The notes under the pieces are model-generated. The model ran no database searches. It was not told the DNA's origin and worked only from the letters and a program-made list of their open reading frames with translations. Of a stretch of DNA of 64,000 bases, positions 13,701 through 27,127 are shown piece after piece. A program made the translations under genes and the position numbers. Position 1 is the stretch's first letter. Every line of letters begins with the position of its first letter. Origin of the DNA: Malacoraja senta (taxonomy: Eukaryota); contig CM075991.1 in the NCBI GenBank assembly GCA_038087875.1, positions 4,836,001 through 4,900,000 on the forward strand, given 5' to 3'.

Positions 13701-14104
13701 TCAATTACAAAGTGCACTGATTAAGCAATTGCAACAAATATCTTCCACTCCATTCATTCATTGATTATTTTCCCCAATTTCTCTGTGCCACACATCCCTT
13801 TCCCCATTCCACTATGTACCAGTCACATGAAATTCTCCCCCAGGAGTGAGGGTGCGTGTCATTTATCATCCATAAATAACCCTTCTTTTATACTATCTTC
13901 AGATATTTGATGGGGTCCCTCAATGATTTCACATTTGATCTGTTTGTCTAACACTTCCTGAATGACCAAATATGTCTTTTGCAAGTTGATGAGATTTATT
14001 TCTCTCACTGACCCAACTGTTGCCAATGTTGTTATTAATCCCAAAACAGCTCCTCAATACCATCTTCTTTGCCAATCTCTCTACTTCCCAATATCTTCCT
14101 AAAG

Positions 14105-14390
14105 CTACAGAGTCATGCAGTATGGAAACAGGCCCTTTAGTCCATTGAGTCCATATTATTATCTCCTTGTTCCTCTCAATTCCCTCCTGGCCCTGATTCT
14201 ATGACTCACTTGCATACTGGTTGATAAATAACCTAGTAATCCTCACTCTTCAGGATGTGGGAGGAAACCGGAGCACCTGTACGGATCCCACACAGTCACA
14301 GCGAGAATGAGCTGACAGGTCCACATAGAGCTAAGAATTGAAGCCAGGTCACTGGTGCTGTGTGGCAGCAGTTCTTCCAGCTGTGCCACT
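14105..14390 (-). mobile_element. HE1-like SINE (diverged)
   Basis: gtgggaggaaaccggagcacc core, plus head and CR1-like tail. Confidence 0.7.
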
Positions 14391-14849
14391 TTGTGCCCTT
14401 GTGCCTCAAAGCGGCTTCTCGGCTACTGATTTAAATCTTCTTTCAAACAACCCAAAAGTCTGTCAGTGAATTGCAGACAAACATAGAATCTGAACAGATA
14501 GTATATGGAGGCGGGAACTCAGTCGGGTGAGTCATTTCATCTGCAATAGCAGCCAACTCTGCCTGCTGTGCACTCAGATGACTTGGTAATTTTAGTGCCA
14601 CTGTAACTTTATTACAGAAATTCCAAATTTCACATTCCTCTCTTTCTCCCTTTTTTCACATACCTGGATCCATCCACACAGATCTATCTCACCGGCAAGT
14701 AAATGACTTTCCTTTTATTTCCCAGGCCCCTTCTGCTGTACATTTATTTGATGCCCCTATGTACCCATACCTACTGTGTAAGAAGATGCTGGTTTATACT
14801 GAAGATGGACACAAAATCAGCCTTCCATGTAGCATATACAATGGTCTAT

Positions 14850-15330
14850 ATATACACGAGTCAAGAGATTGTCATATACACTAGTCATGAACAATGAAAT
14901 TCTTTCTTGCTGCAGCTACAACAACAAGTTTTTCTTTCCAACAACAACAAAAGTAAATATGCAACATTATTAGTTATTGTAAAGGAAAAACTAGATCATA
15001 ATAGTTCAAAACCCAAGGTATGTAAAGCAACTATTGTAGTACAATGTCTGCTGCAGATGGGTGCTGAGATATGGTTCCTAGTCAAGGTTGTGCAGGGTGG
15101 TTCAAGAATCTGCTGGCAGACAGGAGGAAACTGTTCTTGATCTTGGAGTTAACGGTTCTGAGGCTCCTGAACCTCCTTTCTGCTGGTAGCAGCAATAAGA
15201 GAGTGTGGCCAGGGTGATGTATCTTTGATGATAGTAGCTTCCTTCTTGAGGCAAAACTTCCTGTAGATCCCATCAATGGTGGAGAGATCAGGACCTGTGA
15301 TGAAATGCAATGGAAATATACTGTAAGCCT
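14850..15330 (-). mobile_element. Rex1/Babar LINE 3' fragment (old)
   Basis: HHPGHTLLLLLPAERRFRSLRTVNSKIKNSF..ASRFLN followed by a Rex1-like 3' UTR (aagaatttcattg on the minus strand). Confidence 0.75.
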
Positions 15331-15339
15331 TAAATGATC

Positions 15340-16500
15340 TCCAGGCATTGGTATTGTTGCTGCACTGCTTCACTCATTGCCTTACCCATACTCCTCTTGC
15401 TTCCCCTTGATTATTATGGGTGTCAGGAGTTCAGGGGAGAAGACAGGAGAATGGGGTTGGGAGGGAAAGATAGATCGGCCATGATCTAATGGCAGAGTAG
15501 ACATGATGAGCCAAATGGCCTAATTCTGCTTTATAATTTATGAACTCTTTTCTGAGTTCAATATGAGTCCCTAAAACTGTACTTTGCCCTATCTGAGCAT
15601 TTTTAAAGTTTACTTTTAGCTCACACCATGTTAGGAGCCACAATAACTTCAGTAGCAACACCATATGTTCCTCAGCATAGTCTGTAAATAGTAACAAACC
15701 ATCCACATAATGAATCACTTTGTCCCTGCTGGAAAATCCTGAGCAATTAGCCATTTGCTGATGGAATATAGATTGGCTGCGGTATTATGGAAACCTTGTG
15801 GCAGGCATGTCCAGATGTACTGCCATCCCAAAAGGCAAAGCTGCATTTATACTGATCATCTTTTCTCATCAGAACAGATTAAAACCTATGTAAGCTATCT
15901 GGAATTCCGTACACTGTTGTTGAGCCCTGGTTGCGGCTGATTAGATCTATCACAGCAGCCACCTTTGGGATACATGTTCCTTTATTCTTGTTCGGCAGCC
16001 TGTAATCTTTTGTTCTTTTCCGTGATTCATCAATCCATAAGAACAAGAGATTACAGACTGTTAAACAAGTCGAACAGGCCAGATTTGTGAATGTATATGT
16101 GTGTTGCCACAGGATGCAAAATGATTTGGGCCATGAGAGGATTTACTGCAACCTTTAAATCTCTAGTCTGCATTTTTAAAGTAACTTTATGACATCTACT
16201 GGGTGTCCACAGGTTTCCCCTCAACTGTCACCTCTGCTGCTGAGATTCTCCCACAATTATGTTTGTGTGAGGCGAAAGCTGCTTTATCCAGAATGCCTTT
16301 ACTCCACTCTGGATTTATTTTAATGCTTCCCAGTCCCTAATCCCTTTTTGCTACTGCTTCCCATCCAGGAACCACACACATAATTTGCATGCCCATTCAG
16401 TTGATTCCACCATTTTCCATTGCACTTCCATAAACTATGATTATCTACATTTATTACAAAGCCATTTGCTTCCCTGCTGTGTAAGCCTAATAACGTTCTG
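15340..16500 (-). pseudogene. Decayed endogenous retrovirus pol (end of protease, linker, RT) with lokiretrovirus/spuma-related motifs
   Basis: Manual translation across frameshifts: FASHKHNCGRI...VTVEG, IWPVR, DYR..NK, DQYKCSFAF, QYIWTCLPQGFHN..IFHQ, HYVDGLLL...EEH..LL..LL.LL...LKVN.K.AQ. Interrupted by a CR1 3' fragment at ~15430-15545. Confidence 0.75.
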
Positions 16501-16629
16501 CCTCATCCCAATTCATTAATGGAGAAGGTGCATATGATGTATGAGACAATAGTGGGGGAGGGGGGGGTGCGAGGGGGGGGGGGATAGGCATCCACAGTAC
16601 TATCAAGCTGCACACTCCTTACCAAAGCA

Positions 16630-17270
16630 CAGTTTAGTTATTGCCAGGACCACTTGACTCTGAGCATGGAACAAAGAACCGAATTCCGAAGATGAGCTAT
16701 AAGTAACTACCCTTGAAATCAAGGCGGTGGATCAGAGGGTCGCACATAGCTGAAGCTACCAGAGGACGCCGGTCTGGAAGGGGGAGCCCTCTGAGCCGGC
16801 CCCTGCTCATCCCCCAAAGTCCAGAGACCAGGATGATGAAGCCTGGGATGATGACGGACTCGACTGGCGAGGAGCAAGGTCAGTAGGAGAAGAGAGGGAT
16901 CCAGGGTCTATTGTCTATTGTCAAGGTCTGGCCTACTGCCCCCTCAAGATCAGCTACGGGTGCCGTCCCCCGGGACAAAAAAGGACGGGCGAGAAGTGGA
17001 CATGGGTTCATGGTAGATCCACACATCCAGGGGAAGTCAACGGCTGAAGGCTCACAGCAGCCTGGGATAGCCTGGAAAAGGTGCTGTTCATAAGAACTAG
17101 AGCGCAGACTAGACTTTGAAAAAGACGCCAGAACATGGTGCCTCTTGCATGCGGGATCAGTAGACTATTTCTGTAGGATTTGCTAATCGGGGATGTGCTT
17201 GCGTATGGCAATACTCTGCTGGACTTTGTAAGAAAAAAAATTCACTGTGCATTTGCACTTCGTGCATTAT
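16630..17270 (+). repeat. Unclassified GC-rich interspersed repeat ending in a Rex1-like 3' tail
   Basis: Abrupt rise in GC/CpG; ends aaaaaaattcactgtgcatttgcac, similar to the Rex1 tail motif aagaatttca(c/t)tg seen elsewhere in the window. Confidence 0.35.
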
Positions 17271-17299
17271 TCTTGTAAACCTAAGAGCTCAGTCTACTT

Positions 17300-18430
17300 A
17301 ATCACTCCACATTTGAGAAACCTGTCATCTTGAAAGTTAATACGACGAACCTTCATTACACTCCCCACATCACTAGTATATCCTTCCTCAGATGAGATGA
17401 TCAAACATGTACACAGTATTCCTGATGCATATCTCAGCAGGTCTGTATATAATTGGACTGAAATATTTTACTCGTGCTCAGAACTTTTTCCAATAATGAC
17501 CAACATACAACCTGGTTTCATAATTGCCTCCAGTACCTACAGGATAGCAGTATGCTTGTCCAAAGAAGCCCAGGTATCCATGACCTTTCACTCTCTCACC
17601 ATTAAATAATTGCTCTTTATCTCGTGACCTCATATTTTGTCACATTATATTATATCTATCATTTCTTTGATTGTCCATCTAACCTTCTATATCAGCTGAA
17701 GTCTCTGTACATCCTCTTGATAACACATACCGCCACCCAGATCTATAGCTTGAGCAAACCTCCCACCCCCGCCTCCACCCAAAGAATTGAAATAAATTAT
17801 GACCACTTGGGGTGACAGTTTTGATCCCTGCACAAGCTACTTGTCACTACCAGAAAAATGATACATTTATTACCACTCTCTACTTCCTATTCATTAATCG
17901 ATTTCCAATCATTAATTGCACTAATACACAACATTTGCGCACCCTAATTGTACCAAAGACCTATGAAAGTCTAATTCATCCTTAACTATTCTGATGCTTA
18001 TAATCTGCAAATCTCAATCACATTTGTCAACTGTGATTTCCATTTCATAGATCTACATTTATACCAGCAATTACTCTGAATGCCCTATTACCACTTGTTT
18101 AATAAATATCAACAATTTGCTCAACAGGTTGAGAGGTGAAACTTTAAGATGTGAAGGGGAAAGCTTAAAGGAGTTGTGTGGGGCAAGCTTCTTTACACAG
18201 TGAGTGGTGGGTATGTGGAACGTACTGCAGTGGGGGGGGGGGGGGGGGGGTGGAGGCAGATACAATGATGGCATTTAAGATGCTTTTGGATAGGCACATG
18301 GATATGTAGGGAACAGAGGGATATGGATCACATGCAGGCAGATGAGATTAGTTTAACTTGGCATTATGTCCGGTCCAGACATTGTGGTTCCGAAAGGTCT
18401 GCTCCTGTACTGTATTATTTTATGTTCTGG
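17300..18430. mobile_element. CR1 fragments (minus ~17300-18070, plus 3' end ~18125-18430)
   Basis: CR1-like RT remnants and the 3' UTR (gataggcacatggatatg..ggaa..gagggatatgg). Confidence 0.6.
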
Positions 18431-19309
18431 GTTCTATAAAAGGCGAATATTTAGCAGGCCAGTCTGCATCTGTGGGAAGAGAAACAAAGTCAGCATTTCA
18501 GATCAACATTTTCCTTACTACTGACATCAGGCTAACTGTCCATAGTTTCCTGTATTCTCTCTCCTTCCTTTCTTCAATAGTGAGGTTACATTTGCTACCT
18601 TCCATCAGTAAGGACTGTTCTAAAATGGATGGAGTTTTGAAATATAACAAGCAGTGTATCTGCTTAACCAATAACTGCATAACCAAGTCCTTCAACATGT
18701 TAGCATGCTGAAAGGCCACTGTGTCAACTGTCCAGTAGTCAAGGCCAGGTAAATAGGACAGAAAGCAAGCACAAAACACAGCATAAAAATAATTAGAATC
18801 ATTTGGAATAACTAGTAATAAATGAAACTAATCGCAAAAAGTTGGAAAAAGGACACAATGGATACAAGTATGTGGAAAACCTAGCCTATGATGATTAATT
18901 TTCAAAACTAAAATGTAGTTTGTGTTTTTATAACAGACGCATAGCCCTAAAGATTGTGTAAGTAAATGTATCACCAGAAAAGCCCTAGTGTCACCAGTTA
19001 TTCAAGTTCTGTCACAAGTGAACATCTATTTAAAAATACAATTGTACAATGCTGGTTTCTATTCTAGTAGAACCCAGTTTTTGTTGCACTCATGGACTAT
19101 AGTATAATTTGTTCACAACGTCTTCCATCTGAGGTATGAACACTGTCTTTCCCTTGGTAATTAGATTTTAAATATTCATGAGAAGGCATTCAATTCTTTT
19201 GCACAAATTATCTCTAAATGTGTTTATCATTTTTTGTTTAACTTTGGATTTAGTCAATCATTTACTGATCCTCAAACCTCAAGTTATTGCTTGTCACCGC
19301 TTATGTAAG

Positions 19310-20035
19310 AGCATGAAGACATACGAAATTGAAGGAGTCAGCCATTCAGCCCCACATGTTTGTTCTGCCATTCAATAAGTCTCTTGCACATGCATCGTAT
19401 CCCCCAATTCCCTTAATATATCTGTAAAATGTATCAATCTCTGCCCTAACTATTCTCACCTGCTGTTCAATAACCAAGAGAAATGCAAAGAGTTGCAAAT
19501 TCTTCTGGTGAAGAAGATTCTTCTTAATGCAAAATGGGCATCCACAAACATGGTGATGCCTTGTTCTAGGCAACTCATCAAGGGGAAGCATTATCCCAAT
19601 ATTTAACTTGGTTTAAGACATTGTAGGTTTCAATGCGATCCCGTCTCATTCTTCTAAACTGATTCATTTCTCATTATACCACAATCCTGCCATCCAGAAA
19701 TTAATATGGTGAAACTTTGTTACAATCTCTCTAATCCAAGTACATCTTTATTAAATTAGGGAGAACAAAATCTGTACATAATGTGTAGGAAGGAACTGCA
19801 GATGCTGGTTTACACCTATGATAGACACAAAATGCTGGAGTAACTCAGTGATTCGGGCAGCATTTCTGCAGAAATGCAATAGGTGACTTTTCTGGTCGAG
19901 TCTGAAGAAGGGTCTCAACATGAAACATCACTTATTCCTTTCCACCAGAGATGCTGCCTGACTCGTTGAGTTACTCCAGCACTTTGTGTCTGTACATAAT
20001 GTTCTAGGTATGGTCTCCCCAGAGCTCTATGAAAT
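19310..20035 (-). mobile_element. CR1 LINE 3' fragment
   Basis: The + strand reads as the reverse complement of a CR1 3' end (gaagaagattcttcttaa, ctcattcttctaaac, ccaaa.ctgtacata); contains a Penelope insert. Confidence 0.6.
19785..19988. mobile_element. Penelope-derived fold-back element inserted in CR1
   Basis: 14 bp TSD TCTGTACATAATGT (19771-19784 and 19989-20002). Confidence 0.8.
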
Positions 20036-20069
20036 TACAAAAATAAGTCTGATGTTTGCATTCAAAAGA

Positions 20070-20406
20070 ATCATAGAGAGAGACAGAGACAACTCCAATA
20101 AAGGCCTTTTGGCCAACTGAATCCACACTAACTAACAACTACCTACTAATCCTATAATAACCCCATTTTATTCTCCCCCCCCCATTCCCATCAGATTCTA
20201 CCACTCCTCTACATGCTAGGGGCAATTTATGGTAGTCAAATAATCTACCAATCTTCATGTCTTTAAATTGCAGAAGTAAACTAGAGTTCATGGAGGACAC
20301 CCACAAGGTCACAGAGTACAAGCTCTGTACGGGCAGCACAGGAGGTCAGATTTAAACAAAATCTCTGGCGCTGTGAGGCACCAGTGCTACTTGCTGTGCC
20401 ACTGTG
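20070..20406 (-). mobile_element. HE1-like SINE (diverged)
   Basis: Same architecture; the head reads tctctggcgctgtgaggc...tgtgccactgtgcc on +. Confidence 0.7.
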
Positions 20407-20899
20407 CCTAGGCTCTTGCAATATAGGTCAAAATACTGCTTGCCTTCTAATTACTTCCTCTCTCCGAATGTTAACAAAGTGATTTTTGCCCAAGGAGAAC
20501 CAGATCCCACTGAAGAACAACAGTTGTCAATCTCTTACCATTTAAAAAAAATATCCTTTCTACTTTTTCCATTAAAGTGGATGATCTCCTATTTCCCTTA
20601 GATATATTACACATTATGGATGAGTCCCTTATCCAAATCTTTGATACAGATCATGAACTCCGGTATCAATTCTTGTAGCTGCACACGTCTCAGCCTAAAA
20701 ATGATTTAAATAAGTGCCACTGAAAGAACAGCAAAGTTTAAATTAAGGCCAGGTTTAACAAGTGCAGTTACTTATTAAAATATTGTATGAGGCTTTTTAG
20801 TTGCAATCCAATGTCCTTCATATTGTCTCCCTATATTCTTTTCTCTTGATATTTTGTTATTTTAAAAATAAAAGTGCTTCACTTCCTTCCTCTTTCAAA

Positions 20900-21400
20900 C
20901 AATGTCAGAGGCTCCAGTATTAGTGGCAAAGACAAAGTGTTGCCAATGAACTAAGTTTTTCCACTGGCTATTTTAAAGCGTCACATTTATCTTCTTCAAG
21001 CAGCTCGGCATTTTCCTCTTGTTTGCTTTGGGTCCTGTGCGCTGAAGAGAAATTGTGTACAATATAATTCATTCACACCATGTGAACATTGCTGACAAGG
21101 CTTAGATTTATTGGCGGCTTGATTTTTAGTCCACTGGCACTGATGGTCTTCTGCCCTCTGGCTAATTAGGTTTTGCACCTTGGCCTGAGGGTAATGTGTG
21201 CTATATAGGATTACAGCATGGAATAAAGGTTTGTGACCAAATATATTCCTGTAACTGTTGGCCCACAGGAACTCCACTAGTTCCATTCTGAACCTATCCC
21301 ATTCGACATGGTGATGTCCATCTTAAACAATGGACAATGTTTTTGATGTGGAGATGATAATTCACTCCCTTCACTGATCTATTGGCAAATGAATCTGAAA
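20900..21400 (-). mobile_element. Ancient CR1-related LINE ORF2 fragment
   Basis: HHHVEWDRFRMEL...W resembles the post-endonuclease H.A.WDRFR.DL...W motif. Confidence 0.45.
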
Positions 21401-22704
21401 ATGATCGAGGACAAAGTTCTTCACTTGTTAGATTTGTCAGACTGTCAGCAAAGATAGAGGCAAGATAGAAAAATAGTAAACTTGTAACTGTGTAGAGTTG
21501 TCACAAAGGTACAAACTTCCTTGCCTTTGGTTTTATGTAGAGTGGCATAGTGGAGTCAGTTAATATGAACATTTCATCCTGGGAAGTTTCTCAAAACTGT
21601 TTGCTTTGTGGCGAATCTGAGCACATTTGCCACGTGAACTTTGTTTTATCTACATGTCTGCAATTAGCTGGGCTTGACACAGGGTGCCCACACCATTGAT
21701 GTGCCATGTAGCCTAGGCAGTGAAGAAACGCACTGGCTGCTTCAGGTTCAGAATGCCCAGACAGCTATTAACAAGAGGCAAGATTGCCCTTCTTTGTTTT
21801 AATGAGTAATATATGGCTCCCCACATAAATAAATTGCTTTGTTTAAAGAAGGAAATGCTCGGTAACTAGGGGCAGTGTCTACTGGGTGTAACATCAAAAA
21901 CAACAGAGAACCTTTGAAGCCTGTTATTCTTTGTGATCTAGAGGAAGATCCATATAAAGCAACACTGTTTTTTAAACACGAAGGAACATGTTGCATTGGT
22001 TCTTGTGGAATTACCAATGAGTGAAATACTTCATTGATAATCAGCATTGTATATCAATGTATATTTAATTGATATGCTATATTTAATTGTATACTCCATT
22101 AAAGTTATTTCCGTGTGATGCATATAGCAGAGGCAAATTGCAGTACAGCCCAGTACAACCATTTACCAGTTCTTGTCAACACAGGCAAGCCATAATTTTT
22201 TAAGAGAAGCCATATTTTCCTCTTTCTGCTTTTTGTTCTCTTAATGATGGCTGAAGCAGAGGGTTCTTTTGGAAATAAGGTTGATGCCTCAATAACAATC
22301 TTCTAAAGTCAACAAAAATAATTTAATGGTGATATAGAAGGAATCAGGCGATAGATGGGATTAGAGGAGTCGGAATCTACTGTGCTTGCTCCTTATTTCT
22401 ACCTGATTAACTAATCCCTTTTGTATCTGGAAATCTGGGTGTTCAATGGCACCTGTGTCCTGCTGTCTCTTCCAAAATATTGCTACAGTCTCTAGATTGA
22501 CATCTACTGGTTGCATTTGCACTGCCTGATTGAGCACCAAGTGGCTTGAACTGCTGCTGGCCAGTCACTTGATGAGGTAAAAAGACAATCACAGTTCCTC
22601 CCTGTCCTGTTCCCGACATGCGCAGTGAATTATTGATCACAGTGCAACTTTTCCTGTGTTATTGGTAATAACAATGAGAGTACTTAAATTAAATTAAATT
22701 AAAT

Positions 22705-24128
22705 TAAACAGTAGCAAAACAGAATTTCTCCTCATTGGCTCCAAATCAACACTCACTAAAATTAACAGCCCCACTCTCACTATTGACGGCACCACTGTCT
22801 CCCCATCTCCTCAGGCCCGCAACCTTGGCGTGATCTTTGACTCAACCCTCTCCCTTGAGCCTCACATCCGCCATGTTGTCAAAACATCATTTTTTCACCT
22901 CCGCAACATTGCCAAAATCAGACCCTCTCTCACACCCCCCGCTGCTGAAAGACTCATCCATGCCTTCATCTCCTCCCGACTGGACTACTGTAACTCTCTT
23001 CTCTTTGGCATCAATTCCACCAACATCAACCGACTCCAACTGGTCCAGAATTCAGCCGCCCGACTCATTACCCACACCAAATCCTGGCACCACATCACCC
23101 CAGTTCTCAAAGAACTCCACTGGCTTCCCATTTCCCACCGGATCATCTACAAAATCCTGGTCCTCACCTACAAAGCCCTCAACCACTTGGCCCCCCCTTA
23201 TCTCACTGACCTCCTCTCCCCCTACCAACCCTCACGGTCCCTCAGATCCACATCAGCTGGTCTCCTCTCCACTCCGAAATCAACCCACTGCACGTTTGGA
23301 GGCAGAGCCTTCTCCAGGGCAGCTCCCAGGCTCTGGAATTCCCTCCCACAACTGATCCGAAATTCTGAGTCCCTCACCATCTTCCAGTCCCGCCTCAAGA
23401 CCCATCTCTTCACCTCTGCATACCCTTAAAGGCCTGTCTCACGAGTCTGCGGTCATTGGCGGCGAAACGGGAAGAATCTGCCGCCATAGACCGCGCACTC
23501 GTGAGAACGCACAATTCCGGGGCCGTGCGGCGATGTTCCCAACACCACACGGTGCTAAAATAAAACCTACACTGTTGAAAAATATTTTCCTACCGCACAA
23601 CCTCCACCAGTGATGCACGAGTGTGGCACGGCCGCCCGCACGGGCCGCCGCCAGTGTGGCTCGAGCGCCGTGCGTCAAACTCGCACTACCACAGCCTCCG
23701 CCAGTGAGGCACGTGTGCGGCACGGCTGCAGGCACAGCCACCGCTACAGCGCCGCGATCAGGACGGCCGCCGCCACAGCCGCCGCTGGTGAGTCACGTGC
23801 GTCGGGCCTACGTCATCGCAGTCGGCCCGCCCTTTTTTTTACTTACCGCAAGCACGTGGGACCAGCCGTATTTTAATCACTCGGCCCCCGCGCAGCATCC
23901 GTGCGGCGCTCCCGTGGATAGGCTCAGCGCTCTCGCCGTTGCCGTGCGGTCCACTCTACAGGCGAAGCCGCGCTTCACCGCCGATGACCGCAAACACGGA
24001 AGACAGAGTCCCATGTTCCCCTCCCCTTTGTAGCTCTGTCTTATTGTTTATTCTTGACTCTCAATGTAAAGCAACTTTGAGTCCTGAAAAGCGCTATATA
24101 AATAAAATGTATTATTATTATTATTACT
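22705..24128 (+). mobile_element. L2-clade LINE 3' end, interrupted at its stop codon by a MITE
   Basis: ORF 22830..23429 HAFISSRLDYCNSLL...LQLVQNSAARL...HITPVLKELHWLP...FSRAAPRLWNSLP...LKTHLF. The 3' UTR resumes at ~24009 and ends AAAAGCGCTATATAAATAAAATG(TAT)n. Confidence 0.9.
23430..24008. mobile_element. CpG-rich ~580 bp non-autonomous DNA transposon (PIF/Harbinger-like MITE), copy 1
   Basis: Near-identical to 58504-59085. Imperfect TIRs AGGCCTGTCTCACGAGTCTGCGGTCATTGGCGG / CCGCCGATGACCGCAAACA..AGACAGAG. Inserted after the TAA stop of the L2 ORF; the last bases of the right TIR are missing. Confidence 0.82.
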
Positions 24129-24659
24129 TAATATTGGAAATAAATGACACTATCAACATGCTGCAATGCAAACAATTTAATTTGTGAAATTAAACATCAA
24201 TTTGCAATTTTGCCTTCAACTTCTGAACTGATACTACCTGATACTGGTAGTTTATGAAGTTTGAAGTTTATGAATAAGTTTATTGGCCAAGTATTCACAT
24301 ACAAGGAATTTCCCTTGGTGCTCCACCCGCAAGTGACAACATGACATACAGTGACAGTTAGTACATACAGTACTACCTGATTGTACTGAAAGTCCAGATC
24401 TATTCTCCAGGAAAATTGGCTTCACTGTGCAAAAAGTGGAGTTTGTGTTCAGTATTCTTCATTGTTCTATTATTCTAATAAGTCGATTATTTCATACTGA
24501 TATGTGATATGTTTAATCTGATAGACTTTAGACTTTAGATACAGCCCTTCGATTTTGGTTCAAAGCAAATTGTATCAATTGCTACTATCCAATTAGTTTA
24601 CAGTCTTCACATGCGCCCGTTCCATTTAATCTTGCTAAATTTATATTAATTTCATTCTT

Positions 24660-25470
24660 CATAAGCAATCCCTTGATCAAGGCTGACTTGCTTCCACTCT
24701 GTTTTGTGGATTCTGAGGTGGCTGGTGTGTTGGAATCGCATGCGACTGCCAGGGCAGCTGAGGGATTTTCTCTGCTTATGCAGGGCTTCTGTTAGCTCAA
24801 GCTTCCCAATGCCAACCCGAATGCTCCTTCTCCATCTCGACTGGTCATGAGCCAGGACTCCCAGGAGTTATCAGGGATGTTGCATTCCTTCAAGGAGGAT
24901 TTGAATTGTTTCTTCTGTTCACCTGGTCATCTCATCCCCAGACTGCAGAGATCTGTATTCTGTCAGGCATCTGAGCCACAAAGATAGACACAATGTGCTG
25001 GAATAACTCGGCGGGTCAGGCAGCATCTCTGGAGAAAAAGAATAGGTGACGTTTTGAGTTGGAACCTTTCTTCAGAATCTTCAGAATTTCTTCAGAGTCT
25101 AAAGAAGGGTCCCGACCCGAAACATTACCCATCCTTTTTCTCTAGAGATGCCACCTGACCCGCTGAGTTACTCCAGCACTTTGTGCCTATCTTCAGTATA
25201 AACCAGCATGTGCAGTTCCTTCCTACACCTATGAGCCACATAGCCTCCTGCTGTAGCCACCTGTATGTGTACAGGTCCTTATTGCTAGGGATGTTGGCCC
25301 AGAAGAGGACACTGGCATTGGTTCTATTATCCTTTCATTGAGTTTGGAGGAGCTGGCAGGATCTTGCCATGGCTTTGAGATGGTATAGGTGGTCCACATT
25401 TCCGACTGCAAAAGGAGGCCAGGGATCAATGCCATCTGGTAGATCAGGACTTTTGTGGCAGGGCTATCTC
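24660..25470 (-). mobile_element. RTE-clade LINE 3' fragment interrupted by a Penelope fold-back element
   Basis: The minus strand gives PGEQKKQF..SSLKECNIPDNSWES..HDQSRWRRSIR, typical of the RTE/BovB-like RT C-terminus. Confidence 0.65.
24981..25231. mobile_element. Penelope-derived fold-back element
   Basis: Inverted arms; TSD TGAGCCACA (24972-24980 and 25232-25240). Confidence 0.8.
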
Positions 25471-26390
25471 CTGTTATTCTTCAGATGCTCTTAAACCTAC
25501 TGTGTTCTTGTTTTATTACCAATTTTTATTAAAAAAATTCCACCAATCCTTTCCAAGTCTAATTACAGCCTGTTGAAAATCCTTATTAGATATTCCTAAT
25601 CTTTTGAGGAATTCTCTAAAAATTGATCTTAATGAGACAATGAAATCTTAGGTTGTGCTGTTATTTATTTAAAAAGGTTTATCTCCTGAATTAATTTAGC
25701 ATTATTCCACTGTGATCCTGAGTGGGTTACAGTCGCGCCGTTGTATTCATTATTGCCTAATTCGAAGGTAGGTTGATACACTCTGCCAAACTATTTAATG
25801 CCTTTAAAGATCTCTTCTCAACTGCCTTGTTTCCATGGATACGTGATTTACACGATTCCTTCCCAGGAGACAGCATATTTCTCAGTAAAATCACAGTTCT
25901 TCCTTTTGAAAAATGCAATATTTGTGAATTATTTTGTTAACTTGGGGCAATGGGTGCATTTTGCTTGTGGAGGGCCCTATGCAGGTGCCAATTTGAGACC
26001 TTTCCTGATGACAATGACACACTTAAAAAACGTAAACCACTGTCACATTGGTCTCAGTTACCTATTGCCTGCATTAAAATAGATTAAGATAAAAAAACAA
26101 CGGAATGAGACAAAGGAAAAGAACATAAAAGTGAAAAATGAGTGAGTAACATGATAATCCAAGTTGCAAATTGTGAAGAGGACACAAAGAGTCTTCGAAA
26201 TTAAGGATAGCGGGCAAATATTTGGCAAAATCTCACATTTGCCCACATTGCCCATATAATTTGACTGAAAGAATTTAAAAAGGCAGCATATTGCACAACT
26301 CCATTAAACATTCCCCCTCTCACCTCATAGCTATGCCCTCTAGTGTTGGACATTTCCACCCTGGGGGAAAGGTGCGACTCCCTACCCTAT

Positions 26391-27012
26391 CTATTCGGAA
26401 TGGTTTTGGCCCCATTCCTCTTCACCCTGTATACTGCAGACTTCAAATATAAGTCTGACGCATGCCACATACAGAAATGTCACAGCGATTGTGGCATGTG
26501 TAAGGAACGGACATGAGGAGGAACACAGGGACTTGACCAGTGCTTTCTGTGTCTGGAGTAAAGAGAACTGTCTCATCCTGAAAACAACCAAGACTAAAGA
26601 GATGGTTGTTAACTTTGGCAGGTCCAAGCTCCAGCTTCAGTCGGTTAACACTGCAGGAGTGGACATTGAGGTGGTGCCTACATATAAATATCTGGGAGTG
26701 CACCTTGATAACAAACTGGACTGGTCTGTCAACACTGATGCCCTCTACAAAAAAGGACAGAGCAGACTCTTTGTCCTCAGAAGGCTTAGATCCTTCAATG
26801 AGCGCAATGAAATGCTGTACTTCTTTTACCATACTGTGGTTGCAAGTGTCATGTTCTATGCTGTTGTCTGCCGGGGTAACAACATCACTCCTAAAAACAG
26901 CAAGAAGTTGGACAAGCTGGTAAAACGAGCTAGCTCAGTGCTGTGGGGGGAGAGTGGACTCTGTGGTGGATGTGCTTGAGAGGCGTAAGAGGAGCAAGGT
27001 GCAGGTCATCCT
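26391..27012 (+). mobile_element. Rex1/Babar LINE RT fragment
   Basis: VLAPFLFTLYTADF; ORF 26491..26979 KTKEMVVNF...YKYLGVHLDNKLDWS.NT.ALYKKGQSRLF.LRRL. Confidence 0.8.
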
Positions 27013-27127
27013 CGGCGACTAAACCGTCTCCTCCACCTGGTTTGCCAGGTGAGGAGGGGGCTGTGGAACCCCAGCAGGACCAAAGACAAGACCTGTCAAA
27101 GGGCGGATGAGCTTCGAGCGAGCCAAT

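Noticed and set aside
23439..24187. Overlapping 80-136 aa ORFs (also at 58430-59128)
   Set aside because: They lie inside a GC-rich MITE, are Ala/Arg/Pro-rich, open in several frames and have no domain, so they are a compositional artefact.
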